A stretch of DNA of 61,606 nucleotides, filler included. It is 3 parts of 3 records of this genome, joined end to end, with 100 filler letters (N's around TTAATTAATTAA, not from the genome) between each part and the next. Parts side by side here need not be neighbours in the genome. Positions count along the whole stretch, not along the records: positions 21,353 to 51,265 come from SRR2962707_1054; 2 more parts are not named here. One strand, written 5' to 3'. The number at the start of each line of letters is the position of its first letter. Within the stretch, counting starts at the first letter, position 1. The notes beneath the pieces are model-generated. The model searched no databases and had not been told where the DNA came from. It saw only the letters and a list, made by a program, of their open reading frames with translations. A program made the position numbers and the translations under genes. Positions 21,353 through 32,807 of the stretch are shown here, piece after piece.

Positions 21353-22914
21353 CGGAAGTGGCGCATGCCGGTGAAGACCATGGCCATGTCCGCCTCGTCG
21401 GCGGCGGCGATGACTTCCTCGTCGCGGATCGATCCGCCCGGCTGAATCACGCAGCGGATGCCATTCTCGGCGGCGTTGTCGATGCCGTCGCGGAACGGGA
21501 AGAAGGCGTCGGACGCCATCACCGAGCCCTTCACTTCCAGGCCGGCGTGTTCCGCCTTGATGGCGGCGATGCGGGCGGAGTTCACCCGGCTCATCTGACC
21601 GGCGCCAACCCCCACGGTCTGCCGGTTTTTGGCATAGACGATGGCGTTGGATTTGACGAACTTGGCGACCTTCCAGGCGAAGATCAGGTCGTGCATCTCG
21701 GCTTCCGTCGGCGCCCGCTTGGTGACCACTTTCAGATCCCCCTCGGTGATCATGCCGACGTCCCGGTCCTGCACCAGCAGGCCACCGTTGACCCGCTTGT
21801 AGTCCAGGCCGGCGGCTGCCGGCCCGTTGATTTCACCGCATTCCAGCACACGGACGTTTTTCTTGGCGCCGGTGATCGCCAGGGCTTCCTGGCTGACCTT
21901 CGGCGCGATGATCACTTCCACGAACTGACGGTCGACGATTGCCCTGGCGGTGTCCGCGTCCAGCTCACGGTTGAACGCGATGATGCCGCCGAAGGCGGAT
22001 TCCGGATCGGTCTGGAAAGCCAGCTCATAGGCCTTGCCGATGCCGTCCAGGCTCACCGACACGCCGCAAGGATTGGCGTGCTTGACGATCACGCAGGCCG
22101 GTTTGGTGAACGACTTGACGCATTCCAGCGCGGCATCGGTATCGGCGATGTTGTTGTAGCTCAGTTCCTTGCCCTGCAACTGGCGGGAGGTGGCCACGGA
22201 CGCCTGGGCAGGTTGCCGCTCGGTGTAGAACGCCGCCTTCTGATGCGGGTTCTCGCCATAGCGCATTTCCTGGGCTTTGATGAAATTCAGATTGATGGTG
22301 CGCGGGAAGTCGGCGCTGCCGTTGCCGACCCGGCGGCCAAAGTAGTTGGCGATGGCGCTGTCGTAGGCGGCGGTGTGCTCGAACGCCTTGATCGCCAGAT
22401 CGAAGCGCAACCCATCGGACAAGGCACCACTATTGGCGTCCATGTCCTCCAGCACGCGGGCGTAGTCGCCGGCGTCGGTGACGATGCCCACGTGGGCATT
22501 GTTCTTCGCCGCGGAGCGCACCATGGTGGGGCCGCCGATATCGATGTTCTCGATGGCGTCTTCCAGGCTGCAATCCGGGTTGGCGACGGTCCGCTCGAAG
22601 GGGTAGAGGTTCACCACCACCAGATCAATGGGCTGGATAGCGTTGTCCGCCATGACCTGATCATCCTGGCCGCGCCGGCCAAGGATGCCGCCGTGCACTT
22701 TGGGGTGCAGGGTCTTCACCCGTCCGTCCATCATTTCCGGGAAGCCGGTGTAATCGGATACTTCGCGAACGGCGATGCCGGCCTCCTGAATGGCACGGAA
22801 AGTGCCGCCCGTGGAGAGCAGTTCCACGCCCCGGTCGGCCAGGGCCCGGGCGAAGTCGACAATACCGGTTTTATCGGAAACGCTGATCAGCGCGCGTTCT
22901 ACCACCTTGCTCAT
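21353..22914 (-). CDS. purH: Bifunctional AICAR transformylase/IMP cyclohydrolase (last codons cut)
   Basis: [38 protein letters not shown]. Confidence 0.97.
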
Positions 22915-22941
22915 GGGAGAGTCACCGAGTCTGGGTCAAAC

Positions 22942-22967
22942 AAAAAAGGGCAGTCAGCACTGCCCTT
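22942..22967 (-). terminator. Intrinsic terminator after fis
   Basis: Minus strand AAGGGCAGT-GCTG-ACTGCCCTTTTTT. Confidence 0.8.
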
Positions 22968-22985
22968 GGATCATCAGGGAAAGGG

Positions 22986-23315
22986 TTACAGCAAACCGTA
23001 CTGCTTGAGTTTCTTGCGCAGCGTCCCGCGGTTCAGGCCCAGTAACTCGGCGGCCTTGGTTTGGTTGCCACGGGTGTATTCCAGGACTTTTTCCAGCAGC
23101 GGGATTTCCATCTCCGCCAGCACCATCTGGTACAGGTCGCTGACCGCTTCCCCATCCAGCTGATTGAAATAGTCGGTGATGGACCGTCGCACGCAGTTAC
23201 GCAGTGTATCGTGGGTTTCGCTGCGGGCGAGAGTCAGATGCGGTTTACGCGATTCAGCGGTGTTCATTTCTGTCAGTGTCCGTGCAGTGACTGTCTTCAT
23301 GGAAGAAAGGGTCAT
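22986..23315 (-). CDS. fis: DNA-binding protein Fis
   Basis: [29 protein letters not shown] overlap with the dusB stop; start could be 23300 or 23267. Confidence 0.95.
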   Translation of the reverse strand: MTLSSMKTVTARTLTEMNTAESRKPHLTLARSETHDTLRNCVRRSITDYFNQLDGEAVSDLYQMVLAEMEIPLLEKVLEYTRGNQTKAAELLGLNRGTLRKKLKQYGLL

Positions 23316-24352
23316 GCGGCCAATGCTCCGTCTTTGTTCCGGGCAGACACCCCGCCATAGCAACCGATGCGCAACCGGTCACTGCTGGCGCTGATCTGTT
23401 GGAAAAACTGCTCGATGGCCCGCCGTTGGTCGGTGGCCTTTTCCAGGTTGTTGAATCCGCGCCGGAAATGCTCCCCGCCCGGCAGATTCTGGGTGTACCA
23501 GCCCAGATGTTTGCGAGCGATGCGCACACCGGAATACGTGCCGTAGAAGTCATGCAAGTCACTCAAATGAGCGAGCACGCGAGCGCGTACTTCTTCCACC
23601 GATGGCGCCGGGGCTAAACGACCGTGCTCCAGGTAATGCACCGTATCCTGGAATATCCAGGGGTTACCCTGAGCAGCGCGGCCGATCATGATACCACCGG
23701 CACCAGTGCTTTGCAGTATCCGTTGCGCTTTTTGTGGGGAATCGATATCGCCGTTGGCGATAACCGGGATCTCCACGGAGCGTGCCACCTCACCAATGGT
23801 TTCAAATTCCGCTTCGCCATTGAAGCGGTCGGCGCGGGTGCGGCCATGAATGGCCAGCGCCTGAATGCCGGATTGCTCGGCGATGCGCGCGATCATTACC
23901 GCGTTGCGGTTGTCGCGGGTGGGGCCGGTGCGGATTTTCAGGGTGACCGGTACCGGCACGGCGGCCACCACCGATTCGAGAATCCGTGCCACCAGCTCCG
24001 GCTCGGACAGCAAGGCGGAGCCGGCGGCCCGTTTGCAGACCTTTTTCGCCGGACAGCCCATATTGATGTCGATGATCTGGGCGCCCAGGTCCACATTGGC
24101 GCGGGCGGCCTCCGCCATCATCAAAGGGTCGGCGCCGGCGATCTGCACCGAGATCGGGCCGGGCTCGCCGCTGTGATCAAGCCGGCGCGAGGATTTTGCC
24201 GACTGCCAGAGGCGGGTGTCCGAGGTCACCATTTCCGACACCACCAGACCGGCGCCCAGCTCCCGGCACAGCCGCCGGAACGGGCGGTCCGTGACGCCGG
24301 CCATGGGAGCCAGGATCACCGGGTTGGGCAGGGCATGGGGGCCGATGCGCAT
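23312..24352 (-). CDS. dusB: tRNA-dihydrouridine synthase B
   Basis: [34 protein letters not shown]; dusB-fis operon. Confidence 0.95.
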   Translation of the reverse strand: MRIGPHALPNPVILAPMAGVTDRPFRRLCRELGAGLVVSEMVTSDTRLWQSAKSSRRLDHSGEPGPISVQIAGADPLMMAEAARANVDLGAQIIDINMGCPAKKVCKRAAGSALLSEPELVARILESVVAAVPVPVTLKIRTGPTRDNRNAVMIARIAEQSGIQALAIHGRTRADRFNGEAEFETIGEVARSVEIPVIANGDIDSPQKAQRILQSTGAGGIMIGRAAQGNPWIFQDTVHYLEHGRLAPAPSVEEVRARVLAHLSDLHDFYGTYSGVRIARKHLGWYTQNLPGGEHFRRGFNNLEKATDQRRAIEQFFQQISASSDRLRIGCYGGVSARNKDGALAA

Positions 24353-24464
24353 GATTGTCCTCGGTTGGACGCAACAGGTTCACCGGGTGGAGACGCCGGC
24401 ATGGGGGCGCCAATCATAGAGGTCCGGGCGCCGGGAGAAAAGGCCGGTGCCGGGGTTCCGCGGG

Positions 24465-25550
24465 TCAGTGGGCATCGGAAAGCCGTGCCGCCGGCGTTTC
24501 GCCCGCCGGCAGCAGCCGCAGATGGTAGCTGACCGCCTTGCGCCCCGGGTCGACGATTTCCAGGGAAACGTGTACCGGTGTCCGGATTGGCATGGCCGTG
24601 GCGCCAGCCAATTCCCCGCGCAGGTATTCATCGGCATGGAAGCGCCGCCGGGCCACCGGCTTGCCTTGCAGGTCAATAAAGGTCAGCTCCAGTTCCGGGA
24701 ACGGCTGCGGCCAGGACGCCTCATTGAACAGCAGAGCGTCCACCACCAGGGCATTGTCGAACCTCGGGTGACTGCGCACCACCAGGTTGGTGCCGCGCAA
24801 GCGGTTGGCATCCACTCGTGGCGGCAGGGTGCAGCCGGCCACCGCGCAGGCCTCGGCAAAGGCGGGGCGCCAGCGCGGATCCCGGCTCAGGCTGTCGAAG
24901 TGAAAAATCAAATACTGACCGGCCAGCACCGCCAGGGCCGCCAGTGAAGCCGCTGTCCAGCCGAGCAGTGCCAGCGGGCTGCGGCGGGGAGGGGAATCCA
25001 GTTCGCGGCGCGCCGCCGAGCGGGCGGTGGCCGGTCCGTTGAGAAATTCAAAGGCGTCGTCCGTGGCCGCTTCCGGCTCGGCGCGAGCGGGCTCCGGCGT
25101 CGCGGGTTCGGCATCGGCGGTTGCCGGTTCCGGTTTTGGCTCGGGGTCCGATTCGAGCTCTCGCAGCAGGGCTTCGGCCCAGGATTCATCGGTTTGTTCA
25201 TGGGGGTGGTTACCCAGCTCCAGATCCAGGTCTGGGATCGGGTCTTCCTTTTCCAGAGACAGGAAACTGTCGCTGAGTTGCAATTGGCCGTCGTCTTCCG
25301 AGCGCGAGCGGTCATGGCCATCGGTGGCCGGAGCCGGTGCTTCCTCGGGCAGGGCCGCCGACCAGTCCACCGCGGGTGGCCGTGTTTCTTCCCGCACCAG
25401 CGGCGGACCTTCCAGAAGATGCTCGGTGGCTTGAAAGACCCGCAAACAGGAACCGCAGCGCACCGCCCCCTTGGCCTGGGCCAGGTGTTCCTCGCTGATC
25501 TTGAATTGCGCCTCACAATGGGGGCAGCGGGTCTTGTAAGGGCCGGTCAT
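24465..25550 (-). CDS. MJ0042-type zinc-ribbon plus DUF3426 membrane protein
   Basis: TRCPHC...VRCGSC, acidic linker, TM helix, C-terminal domain; between prmA and dusB. Confidence 0.9.
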   Translation of the reverse strand: MTGPYKTRCPHCEAQFKISEEHLAQAKGAVRCGSCLRVFQATEHLLEGPPLVREETRPPAVDWSAALPEEAPAPATDGHDRSRSEDDGQLQLSDSFLSLEKEDPIPDLDLELGNHPHEQTDESWAEALLRELESDPEPKPEPATADAEPATPEPARAEPEAATDDAFEFLNGPATARSAARRELDSPPRRSPLALLGWTAASLAALAVLAGQYLIFHFDSLSRDPRWRPAFAEACAVAGCTLPPRVDANRLRGTNLVVRSHPRFDNALVVDALLFNEASWPQPFPELELTFIDLQGKPVARRRFHADEYLRGELAGATAMPIRTPVHVSLEIVDPGRKAVSYHLRLLPAGETPAARLSDAH

Positions 25551-25632
25551 GCGCTGGCGGTCCGTGGGTCGGATTTTTCGTGTAGGGACTGTGTAAGGTG
25601 TTTTACCGAATCATGGTGCCCCGCCGCAACTG

Positions 25633-26517
25633 TTATGCGGACAGCTTGCGAACCCCGTCCACTCTTACCCAGTCTCCGCGCTGCTCGATCGGTGACAGAT
25701 CGAACCAGGGCCGGTAGGCCTCCGCCACGGCTTGGGCCTGCTCGGCGAGAATGCCCGATAACGCCAGCAGCGCACCGGGTTTGCAATAGCTGGCCAGGGT
25801 CGGGGCCAGCTCGATCAACGGCGCCGCCAGAATGTTGGCGACCAGAACGTCGCACTGGAAGCCCGCCGGCATGGCGTCCGCCGGGCACAGATCGAGCCGG
25901 TCGGCCACCTGGTTGGCTTCGGCGTTGGCGCGGCTGGCCAGCAAGGCCTGTTCATCGATGTCATTGCCCAGGGCCTGCCCGGCGCCAAGCAGCAAGGCGG
26001 CGATGGACAGCACGCCGGAACCGCAGCCCACGTCCAGCACCCGTTTTCCGGCCAGCGGCGCCGCTTCCAGCCATTCCAGGCACAGCGCGGTGGTTTCATG
26101 GGTGCCGGTGCCAAAGGCCAGCCCCGGATCCAGACGCAGGTTGACCGCCTCCGGATCCGGCGGCTCACACCAGGTGGGGACGATCCACAGCCGCTCACCG
26201 AAGCGCATCGGGGCAAAGTCGTCCATCCAGGCCCGTTCCCAGACCTGATCCGCAAGCCGCTCGATACGGTGATCCTGGGGCGTCAGGCCCAGCGCATCCA
26301 GGCGTTGGAGAACTTTTTGCAGGTCGTCCTGGTCCGAGAACAAGGCGGTGACCACGGTGGCCCGCCACAGCGGCCGCGCGCCGGGCGGCGGTTCGAATAC
26401 CGGTTGGTCGGCGCCGTCGGTCAGCGTCACCGCCACCGCGCCCAGGGTTTCCAATGCGTCTTGCAGGGCGTCCGCTTGTTGCGAGTCGGAAGCCAGATGT
26501 AGTTGTTGCCAGGTCAT
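25633..26517 (-). CDS. prmA: Ribosomal protein L11 methyltransferase
   Basis: LDPGLAFGTGTHETT, LDVGCGSGVL, VANILA. Confidence 0.96.
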   Translation of the reverse strand: MTWQQLHLASDSQQADALQDALETLGAVAVTLTDGADQPVFEPPPGARPLWRATVVTALFSDQDDLQKVLQRLDALGLTPQDHRIERLADQVWERAWMDDFAPMRFGERLWIVPTWCEPPDPEAVNLRLDPGLAFGTGTHETTALCLEWLEAAPLAGKRVLDVGCGSGVLSIAALLLGAGQALGNDIDEQALLASRANAEANQVADRLDLCPADAMPAGFQCDVLVANILAAPLIELAPTLASYCKPGALLALSGILAEQAQAVAEAYRPWFDLSPIEQRGDWVRVDGVRKLSA

Positions 26518-26673
26518 GACACCTCCATGGAGAAGCGGCAGTATAGCGATGACAGGAAAAATTTGCGCCGTGGTGGGCTTGGCCGTCATGGCCATTGACA
26601 CTTGCGGACCGGCTATTTTTTCACCGGCCGTTAAGGGGTACTATCCGGATTCGTCTATCGGACTGACCAGCCT

Positions 26674-27243
26674 ATGACTGAAGATGCCGCCGAGTTGATA
26701 TTGGTGCTGATGGTGATCGCCAGCGCCTTGCTGTACCGGTTCGCGATGCCGCGTTTGCGGCGTCCGCGTGTGCCGGCGCGCACCTCGCCGGATCTCGAGA
26801 AAGTCATTCTGGTCGGCATGATGTTTTGCACCATGGCGGTGATTCCTTTCCTGGATATGATGGTGCCCTGGTTCGAGTTCGCCGACATCGTATTCATGGA
26901 TGAAGTGGCCTGGCTGGGGCTGCTGCTCGGCAGTGCCGCGGTGTGGCTGTTCTGGCGGGCCAAGGAGGATCTGGCCCGATGCTCCCGACGTCCGGTGGAT
27001 AGCGGTATCTATCGTTATCTGCGCCATCCGGCCTGTGCCGCCATGCTGCTTTGGTCCCTGGCGCAGTTGCTGCTGTTACAGAACTGGCTGGCTGGCCCCG
27101 CGGCGGCCCTGACCTTTACAATGGTTTACTTGCTGCAGTTGCCCAGGGAAGAGCAACGTATGCTGGAGCGGTACGGTCATCGCTATCTGGACTATATGGC
27201 GCGCACTCCGGCGATTCTGCCGCGTTTCTCTCGTTATCGTTGA
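26674..27243 (+). CDS. ICMT/STE14-family membrane methyltransferase-like protein, possibly degenerate
   Basis: GIYRYLRHP and EEQRMLERYG..YLDY; several TM helices. Confidence 0.8.
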   Translation: MTEDAAELILVLMVIASALLYRFAMPRLRRPRVPARTSPDLEKVILVGMMFCTMAVIPFLDMMVPWFEFADIVFMDEVAWLGLLLGSAAVWLFWRAKEDLARCSRRPVDSGIYRYLRHPACAAMLLWSLAQLLLLQNWLAGPAAALTFTMVYLLQLPREEQRMLERYGHRYLDYMARTPAILPRFSRYR

Positions 27244-27318
27244 CGTTATCGTTGATTTCCCCTTTTCGCGCCCCCATAGCGGTGGTCGCCTTTAAAACGG
27301 TTCAGGAGCCGTTTTACC

Positions 27319-27981
27319 ATGATTCGGATTCATCCCCTCCGCCGCCAGCAGCTGGAGGACGTGATCAGCCACTCGGAAGTGGTCGAAAGCGACGGGCACG
27401 GCATCAAGGTGCTGCGTCTGCGTGATGGCCGCTACCTGAAATACTTCCGGCGCAAGCGTTTCTTCAACCGCGAATTGTTGTCCCCGGCGGCGGTACGGTT
27501 TGCCCGCCATGCCCGGCAACTGGCACAACTGCGCATCCCCACCCTGGAGGTGGAAAGCCTGCATCGCATTATCGGTGAGCCGCATACGGTGGCGGTGTAC
27601 CAGCCGATGCCGGGTCTGACGTTGCGTCAGATGTTGGCTCGCGGGCAGGTGGATACCCAACTGATGTACCGGGTGGGCGTATTTATCGCCCGTCTGCACC
27701 GGCTGGGTGTGTTTTTCCGTTCCGTGCATCCGGGCAACATCGTCATCGACGGTCTGCGCATTGGTCTGATCGATGTGCTGGATATGAAGGTGCGGCCCTG
27801 GTCCATGTCCCGTTGGGCCCGGCGCCGTAACTGGCTGCACTTCCTGCGTTGCGAGGAAGATCGCCCGCATCTGCGTGATGATCTGGTGGAGGCGTTACTG
27901 GTGGGCTACCGGGATGCCGCCGACCTGCCGTCCCATGAGATCGGCGAGGTGGCGGAGCGGGTCCGGCATTTGCTGGGCTGA
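27319..27981 (+). CDS. Kdo/WaaP/InaA-like kinase-fold protein (toluene tolerance protein type)
   Basis: LKYFRRK, LHRLGVFFRSVHPGNI, GLIDVLD. Confidence 0.75.
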   Translation: MIRIHPLRRQQLEDVISHSEVVESDGHGIKVLRLRDGRYLKYFRRKRFFNRELLSPAAVRFARHARQLAQLRIPTLEVESLHRIIGEPHTVAVYQPMPGLTLRQMLARGQVDTQLMYRVGVFIARLHRLGVFFRSVHPGNIVIDGLRIGLIDVLDMKVRPWSMSRWARRRNWLHFLRCEEDRPHLRDDLVEALLVGYRDAADLPSHEIGEVAERVRHLLG

Positions 27982-28023
27982 GGCATCGCGGCTCTTTCCA
28001 TACAAGAAAGAGCCGCGATGCCT
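27981..28023. terminator. 18-bp perfect inverted repeat between convergent genes
   Basis: AGGCATCGCGGCTCTTTC-catacaa-GAAAGAGCCGCGATGCCT. Confidence 0.8.
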
Positions 28024-29369
28024 TAATGATTACCCAGCTTCTTTTCCAGGTGGTGGATATCCACGCCGCCTTCCTGGAACGCGGTGTCGCGGAAGATCTT
28101 GTCCCGATGCAGGGCCACGTTGGTCTTGATGCCTTCCACCACGATCTCGTCCAGAGCGTTACGCATGCGGGCAAACGCCACGTCGCGGTTCTCGCCCCAG
28201 GTGATGATCTTGCCGATCAGTGAGTCGTAGTAGGGCGGTACGGTATAACCGCCATAGACGTGGGAATCCACCCGCACCCCATTGCCGCCTGGTGCGTGGA
28301 AGTAGGTGATCTTGCCGGGGCTGGGTACAAAGGTGTTGGGATCCTCGGCATTGACCCGCACCTCGATGGCGTGGCCAAGAAAGGTGATGTCTTCCTGCTT
28401 CAACGTCAGGCCTTCGCCGCCGGCGATGCGCAGCTGTTCCTTGACGATGTCGACGCCGGTGATCATCTCACTGACCGGGTGCTCCACCTGCACGCGCGTG
28501 TTCATCTCGATGAAGTAGAAGCCTTCATTTTCGTACAGGAACTCAAAGGTTCCGGCGCCCCGGTAGTTGATCTCCTTGCAGGCATTGACGCAGCGTTGGG
28601 CCACTTCTTCCTTCAGGTGAGCCGGAATGCCGGGGGCCGGAGCCTCTTCCACCACTTTCTGGTGACGGCGCTGCAGGGAGCAGTCCCGGTCGCCGAGGTG
28701 TATGGCGTGGCCGGCACCGTCGGAGAGCACCTGAATCTCCACATGGCGTGGCTTCTGCAGGAATTTCTCCATGTACACGGTGGCATCGCCGAAAGCGTTT
28801 TTCGCTTCGGAACGGGTCAGGGTCACCGCGTTGAGCAATTGATCCGCATGCTCCACCACGCGCATGCCCCGCCCGCCACCACCGGCGGCGGCCTTGATGA
28901 TGACCGGATAGCCAATCTGCTCGGCCATGGCCTGGGTGGCTGCCGGGTCATCGCCCACCGGACCATTGGAGCCGGGAACGGTGGGGACGCCGGCTTTTTT
29001 CATCGCCTCGATGGCGGACACCTTGTTGCCCATCAGGCGGATGGTGTCGGCGCGCGGTCCGATGAAGGTGAAGCCGGAACGTTCCACGCTTTCGGCGAAG
29101 TCGGCGTTTTCCGCCAGAAAGCCGTAACCGGGGTGAATGGCATCCGCGTCGGTCACTTCCGCCGCGCTGATGATGGCGGGGATGTTCAAATAGGAATCGG
29201 TGGATGGCGCCGGGCCGATACACACCGCTTCATCGGCGAGACGCACGTGCATCAGATCGCGGTCCGCCTTGGAGTACACCGCCACGGTACGGATGCCCAT
29301 TTCCTTGCACGCGCGCAGCACGCGCAGGGCGATCTCGCCGCGGTTGGCAATGACGACTTTTTCCAGCAT
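28023..29369 (-). CDS. accC: Biotin carboxylase
   Basis: [35 protein letters not shown]. Confidence 0.98.
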   Translation of the reverse strand: MLEKVVIANRGEIALRVLRACKEMGIRTVAVYSKADRDLMHVRLADEAVCIGPAPSTDSYLNIPAIISAAEVTDADAIHPGYGFLAENADFAESVERSGFTFIGPRADTIRLMGNKVSAIEAMKKAGVPTVPGSNGPVGDDPAATQAMAEQIGYPVIIKAAAGGGGRGMRVVEHADQLLNAVTLTRSEAKNAFGDATVYMEKFLQKPRHVEIQVLSDGAGHAIHLGDRDCSLQRRHQKVVEEAPAPGIPAHLKEEVAQRCVNACKEINYRGAGTFEFLYENEGFYFIEMNTRVQVEHPVSEMITGVDIVKEQLRIAGGEGLTLKQEDITFLGHAIEVRVNAEDPNTFVPSPGKITYFHAPGGNGVRVDSHVYGGYTVPPYYDSLIGKIITWGENRDVAFARMRNALDEIVVEGIKTNVALHRDKIFRDTAFQEGGVDIHHLEKKLGNH

Positions 29370-29380
29370 TTCGACCTCCG

Positions 29381-29827
29381 TTAAACGATGGAGAACAACG
29401 GCTGGTCGAATTCCACCGGTTCGCCGTCCTCGACCAGGATGGCATCAATAGTGCCGGATTTGTCCGCTTCGATCTGATTCATCATTTTCATCGCTTCGAC
29501 GATGCACAGCACATCGCCGGCGTTGACCTTCTGGCCCACCTGGGCGAACGGGGTGGCGCCGGGAGAAGAGGCCCGGTAGAAAGTGCCCACCATGGGAGAG
29601 CGCACCAGATGACCGGCCGGGGATTCCGGTTCGGCCGCCGGGGCCGCGGCGGATTGCGGAGCCGCCGGAGCGGGCGCCACCGGGGCGGGGGCAGCGGGGG
29701 CGGGCGCGGCGTTGCGCCAGCCGCCCCGGGTGATGCGTACGGATTCTTCGTTTTCGTGAATTTCCAGTTCTTCGATTCCGGATTCTTCCAGCAGCTCGAT
29801 CAATTTCTTGATTTTTCGAATATCCAT
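29381..29827 (-). CDS. accB: Biotin carboxyl carrier protein
   Basis: EAMKM biotinylation site, SPMVGTFY, Ala/Pro linker. Confidence 0.98.
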   Translation of the reverse strand: MDIRKIKKLIELLEESGIEELEIHENEESVRITRGGWRNAAPAPAAPAPVAPAPAAPQSAAAPAAEPESPAGHLVRSPMVGTFYRASSPGATPFAQVGQKVNAGDVLCIVEAMKMMNQIEADKSGTIDAILVEDGEPVEFDQPLFSIV

Positions 29828-29861
29828 GTCCAGTCCTGTTGGGAGCTGTTGATGTTAAAAG

Positions 29862-30314
29862 TCAGATGTCGTCGTCGGTGCCCAGACGGCGGATGGCCGC
29901 GTCCAGCGCCAACTGGTAACCGTCGGCGCCAAGACCGCAGATCACTCCCTCGGCGATATCCGAGAAATAAGAGTGATGGCGAAAGGTTTCGCGCCGGTGA
30001 ATATTGGAAAGGTGCACCTCGATAAACGGAATGCTCACCGCCAGCAGGGCATCTCTCAGCGCCACGCTGGTGTGGGTGAAGGCCGCCGGGTTGATCAGAA
30101 TGAAGTCGACACCTTCCGCGCGGGCGGCATGGATGCGCTCAATCAACTCGTATTCCGCATTGCTTTGCATATGCTGCAGATGATGGCCGGCCTTCCGGGC
30201 CCGGATCTGCAGGGCCTGGTCGATTTGCGCCAAACTAGTGGCGCCATATTTGTCCGGCTCGCGTTGGCCGAGCAGATTCAGGTTGGGTCCGTGCAGAACC
30301 AGAATGGTGGCCAA
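29862..30314 (-). CDS. aroQ: Type II 3-dehydroquinate dehydratase
   Basis: [27 protein letters not shown]. Confidence 0.97.
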   Translation of the reverse strand: MATILVLHGPNLNLLGQREPDKYGATSLAQIDQALQIRARKAGHHLQHMQSNAEYELIERIHAARAEGVDFILINPAAFTHTSVALRDALLAVSIPFIEVHLSNIHRRETFRHHSYFSDIAEGVICGLGADGYQLALDAAIRRLGTDDDI

Positions 30315-30498
30315 GATGGATACCCCTGAATGTGTCGTTATCTGCGGTGAACAGGAGGGAAAAACGGCATCAGGCCGGGGCTTTTCCCGAAGTTTGCAGT
30401 CTAGGGGGAATCGCCCGGCGAAAAAAGAACTTTACACTATTCGTTACATGTACCGGCGCCCCTGATCACGGGATCGGGACGCCGGTCACGGCGGCGGG

Positions 30499-32421
30499 TC
30501 AGGAGGCGGTGACCGGCAAGACAGTTTGTTCCAGATGGCGGATGAACCGCTCTGGCCCCATCTCGCCGAGCACCCGGGACTCCGGGACTTCCTCGCCAGC
30601 GGGGGTGAAGAACACCAAGCTGGGCAGACCGAAGATGTCGTATTCGGTCATGATCGCCTGGTTTTCGCTGTTGATGTCGGTGATATCCACTCGATAAAGA
30701 TCGAACCCCTCCATGGTGGCCAGCACGTCCGGGTGGCTCAGAGTGGTTTCCTCCAGCACCTTGCAGGCCACGCACCACTCGGCGAAGAAGTCCACCAGCA
30801 CCGGCCGTCCGGCCCGGGAGGACTCCGCCAGGGCCTGACGCAGCGCCGCCTGGCCGGTGAGTGTGCGCCAGGGACCATGGTCCTCCTTGGCCGCCATGGG
30901 TTGCGCCGTACCGGTAGTAACGGCCACTGGTGCCGCCGGTTGCTGCCAGTGGGCCAGCGGCTGCCATGGGTCGCGGGCGCCGGAGGCGGCGCCGATCAAC
31001 AAAATCACGCCATACAGCGTCAGCACCAGAGCCAGGCCCCGTTTCAGGCGGGAGCCGCCTTCTTTCACCGGTTCCAGGGCGCCCAGTTGGACGCCGTAAA
31101 TGGCCAGCAACAGGCCGTACAGCGCCAGGGTCACCGGCGCCGGCACGATGCGGTCCAGCAGCCAGATGGCGACCCCGAGCATGACCACGCCGAAGAAGCG
31201 TTTGATCTCCTCCATCCACAGGCCGGCCCGGGGCAGCAAATGGCCGCCGCCGGTGCCGAACAGGATCAGCGGCACGCCCATGCCGATGGACAGCGCGAAC
31301 AGGCTGGCGGCGCCGGTCAGGGCATCGCCGCTGCCAGCCACATAGATCAAGGCGCCGGCGAGGATCGGGGTGACGCAGGGGGATACCACCAGGGCGGAGA
31401 TCATGCCAAGCAGGGCGGCGCCGGCCAGCCCCTTGCGCTTCGGTCCAGTCTGGTTGAGACGGTCGCGCAGCGCCGCCGGTAACTGCAACTCATAAAGGCC
31501 GAACATGGCCAGTGCCAGCAGCACGAAGATCACTACACTGGTGATGATCGCGGCCGGCTGTTGCAACAGGAACTGGAGGTTCAGCCCGGCTCCGAACAGG
31601 GCCACCAACAGCCCCGCCAGGGTGTAGGGCACCGCCACGCCGAGCACATAGGCGCTGCTGAGCAGGAAGCCGCGGCGGGCGCTGGGGTGCTGTTCCCCGG
31701 CGATGATACCGGAGAGGATCGGAATCATCGGGAAGACACAGGGCGTGAACGCCAGCAATAGACCGCCGGCGAAGAACAGGGCGATCACCAGCCCCAGGCT
31801 CTGACCGGAGATCCAGCGATTAAAGGCGTTGGCGTCCTCTGAAAACAGCGTTTCCAGGAACCCCCCGTCGCTTGTGCTCGCGGCGGCGGTTGGCGTGGCG
31901 GCCGGTGCGGTGGCGCTCAGCGCCGTGGGGGACTTGCCGGGACGGGGCTCCTCGAAGGCGAAGGTCTTGCTGGCCGGCGGGTAGCACAGCAAATCCTCGA
32001 TGCAGCCCTGATAACGCACCTCCAACTCGGTATCGGCCAGCGGCACGCTGCGCAACGGCAACGACACTTCCAGCCGCTGGTAGAATACCTCGACGTCACC
32101 GAATATCGGATCCACCTTCGGTTTGCCCGCGGGCATCTGGAAACCGGAAAAGTCATCGAGAACGTTGCCGTTGGTGTCGCGGAGAATGAACTCAAAGCGT
32201 TGGCGGTACAGATAGACGTCGTCGAGAAGTTCAAACCCCACCAGCACGGTTTGTTTGTCCCAGTCGGCATCCGCCATCACCTGGATCGCCTCGTCCACCG
32301 TGGGCGGCTGGTCGTTGCCCAACCCGCCGCTGCTTCCCCCGCCCAGAGACAGCGCAAGCGCGGGGCTGGCGAGCAGCCCCAGCACAAAAAGGGATAATAG
32401 TGAACGCAAGCGTTGTGACAT
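30499..32421 (-). CDS. dsbD: Thiol:disulfide interchange protein DsbD
   Basis: YQGC..LCYPP, FTPCVFPM, SPCVTP, WCVAC. Confidence 0.96.
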   Translation of the reverse strand: MSQRLRSLLSLFVLGLLASPALALSLGGGSSGGLGNDQPPTVDEAIQVMADADWDKQTVLVGFELLDDVYLYRQRFEFILRDTNGNVLDDFSGFQMPAGKPKVDPIFGDVEVFYQRLEVSLPLRSVPLADTELEVRYQGCIEDLLCYPPASKTFAFEEPRPGKSPTALSATAPAATPTAAASTSDGGFLETLFSEDANAFNRWISGQSLGLVIALFFAGGLLLAFTPCVFPMIPILSGIIAGEQHPSARRGFLLSSAYVLGVAVPYTLAGLLVALFGAGLNLQFLLQQPAAIITSVVIFVLLALAMFGLYELQLPAALRDRLNQTGPKRKGLAGAALLGMISALVVSPCVTPILAGALIYVAGSGDALTGAASLFALSIGMGVPLILFGTGGGHLLPRAGLWMEEIKRFFGVVMLGVAIWLLDRIVPAPVTLALYGLLLAIYGVQLGALEPVKEGGSRLKRGLALVLTLYGVILLIGAASGARDPWQPLAHWQQPAAPVAVTTGTAQPMAAKEDHGPWRTLTGQAALRQALAESSRAGRPVLVDFFAEWCVACKVLEETTLSHPDVLATMEGFDLYRVDITDINSENQAIMTEYDIFGLPSLVFFTPAGEEVPESRVLGEMGPERFIRHLEQTVLPVTAS

Positions 32422-32807
32422 TGATTTCTCCAGATAACCGGTTTTGTCCTTGGCCCGGTCTCCCCCAAACATAAGAGCACGGCCACGGCCCGCTGGCGGT
32501 GGCCCCGGTGCTACCCGTATTCCTGATACTCCGGGTAAATATAGAGGCCGCCTGCGCGGATCGGTTCCCAGTCTGCGCCTCGTGGATTAAAGGGGCTTTA
32601 AGGCAGTGATAGCAGGTGGCGGCGAAGAACGCATTGTGCCCCCATGCCGAAATGGACGCAAAGACCGCCGCCGCCGGCGGCCGGGACCCTGTCGTTGGCG
32701 ACAAAGGCTGTTATATTGGCGCACAATGCCGTGGAGCCCCGAGCCGGGGCTCCGACATGATGGAAAAGGCCGCTGCCGGCCTGAGAGGACGCGAGTGGGG
32801 ATCACCG

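Noticed and set aside
21358-23163. 601-aa plus-strand ORF, and similar ones at 28260-29384, 30526-31482, 23624-24532, 25194-26144 and 49805-50833
   Set aside because: Antisense shadows of real genes in GC-rich DNA; no recognisable motifs
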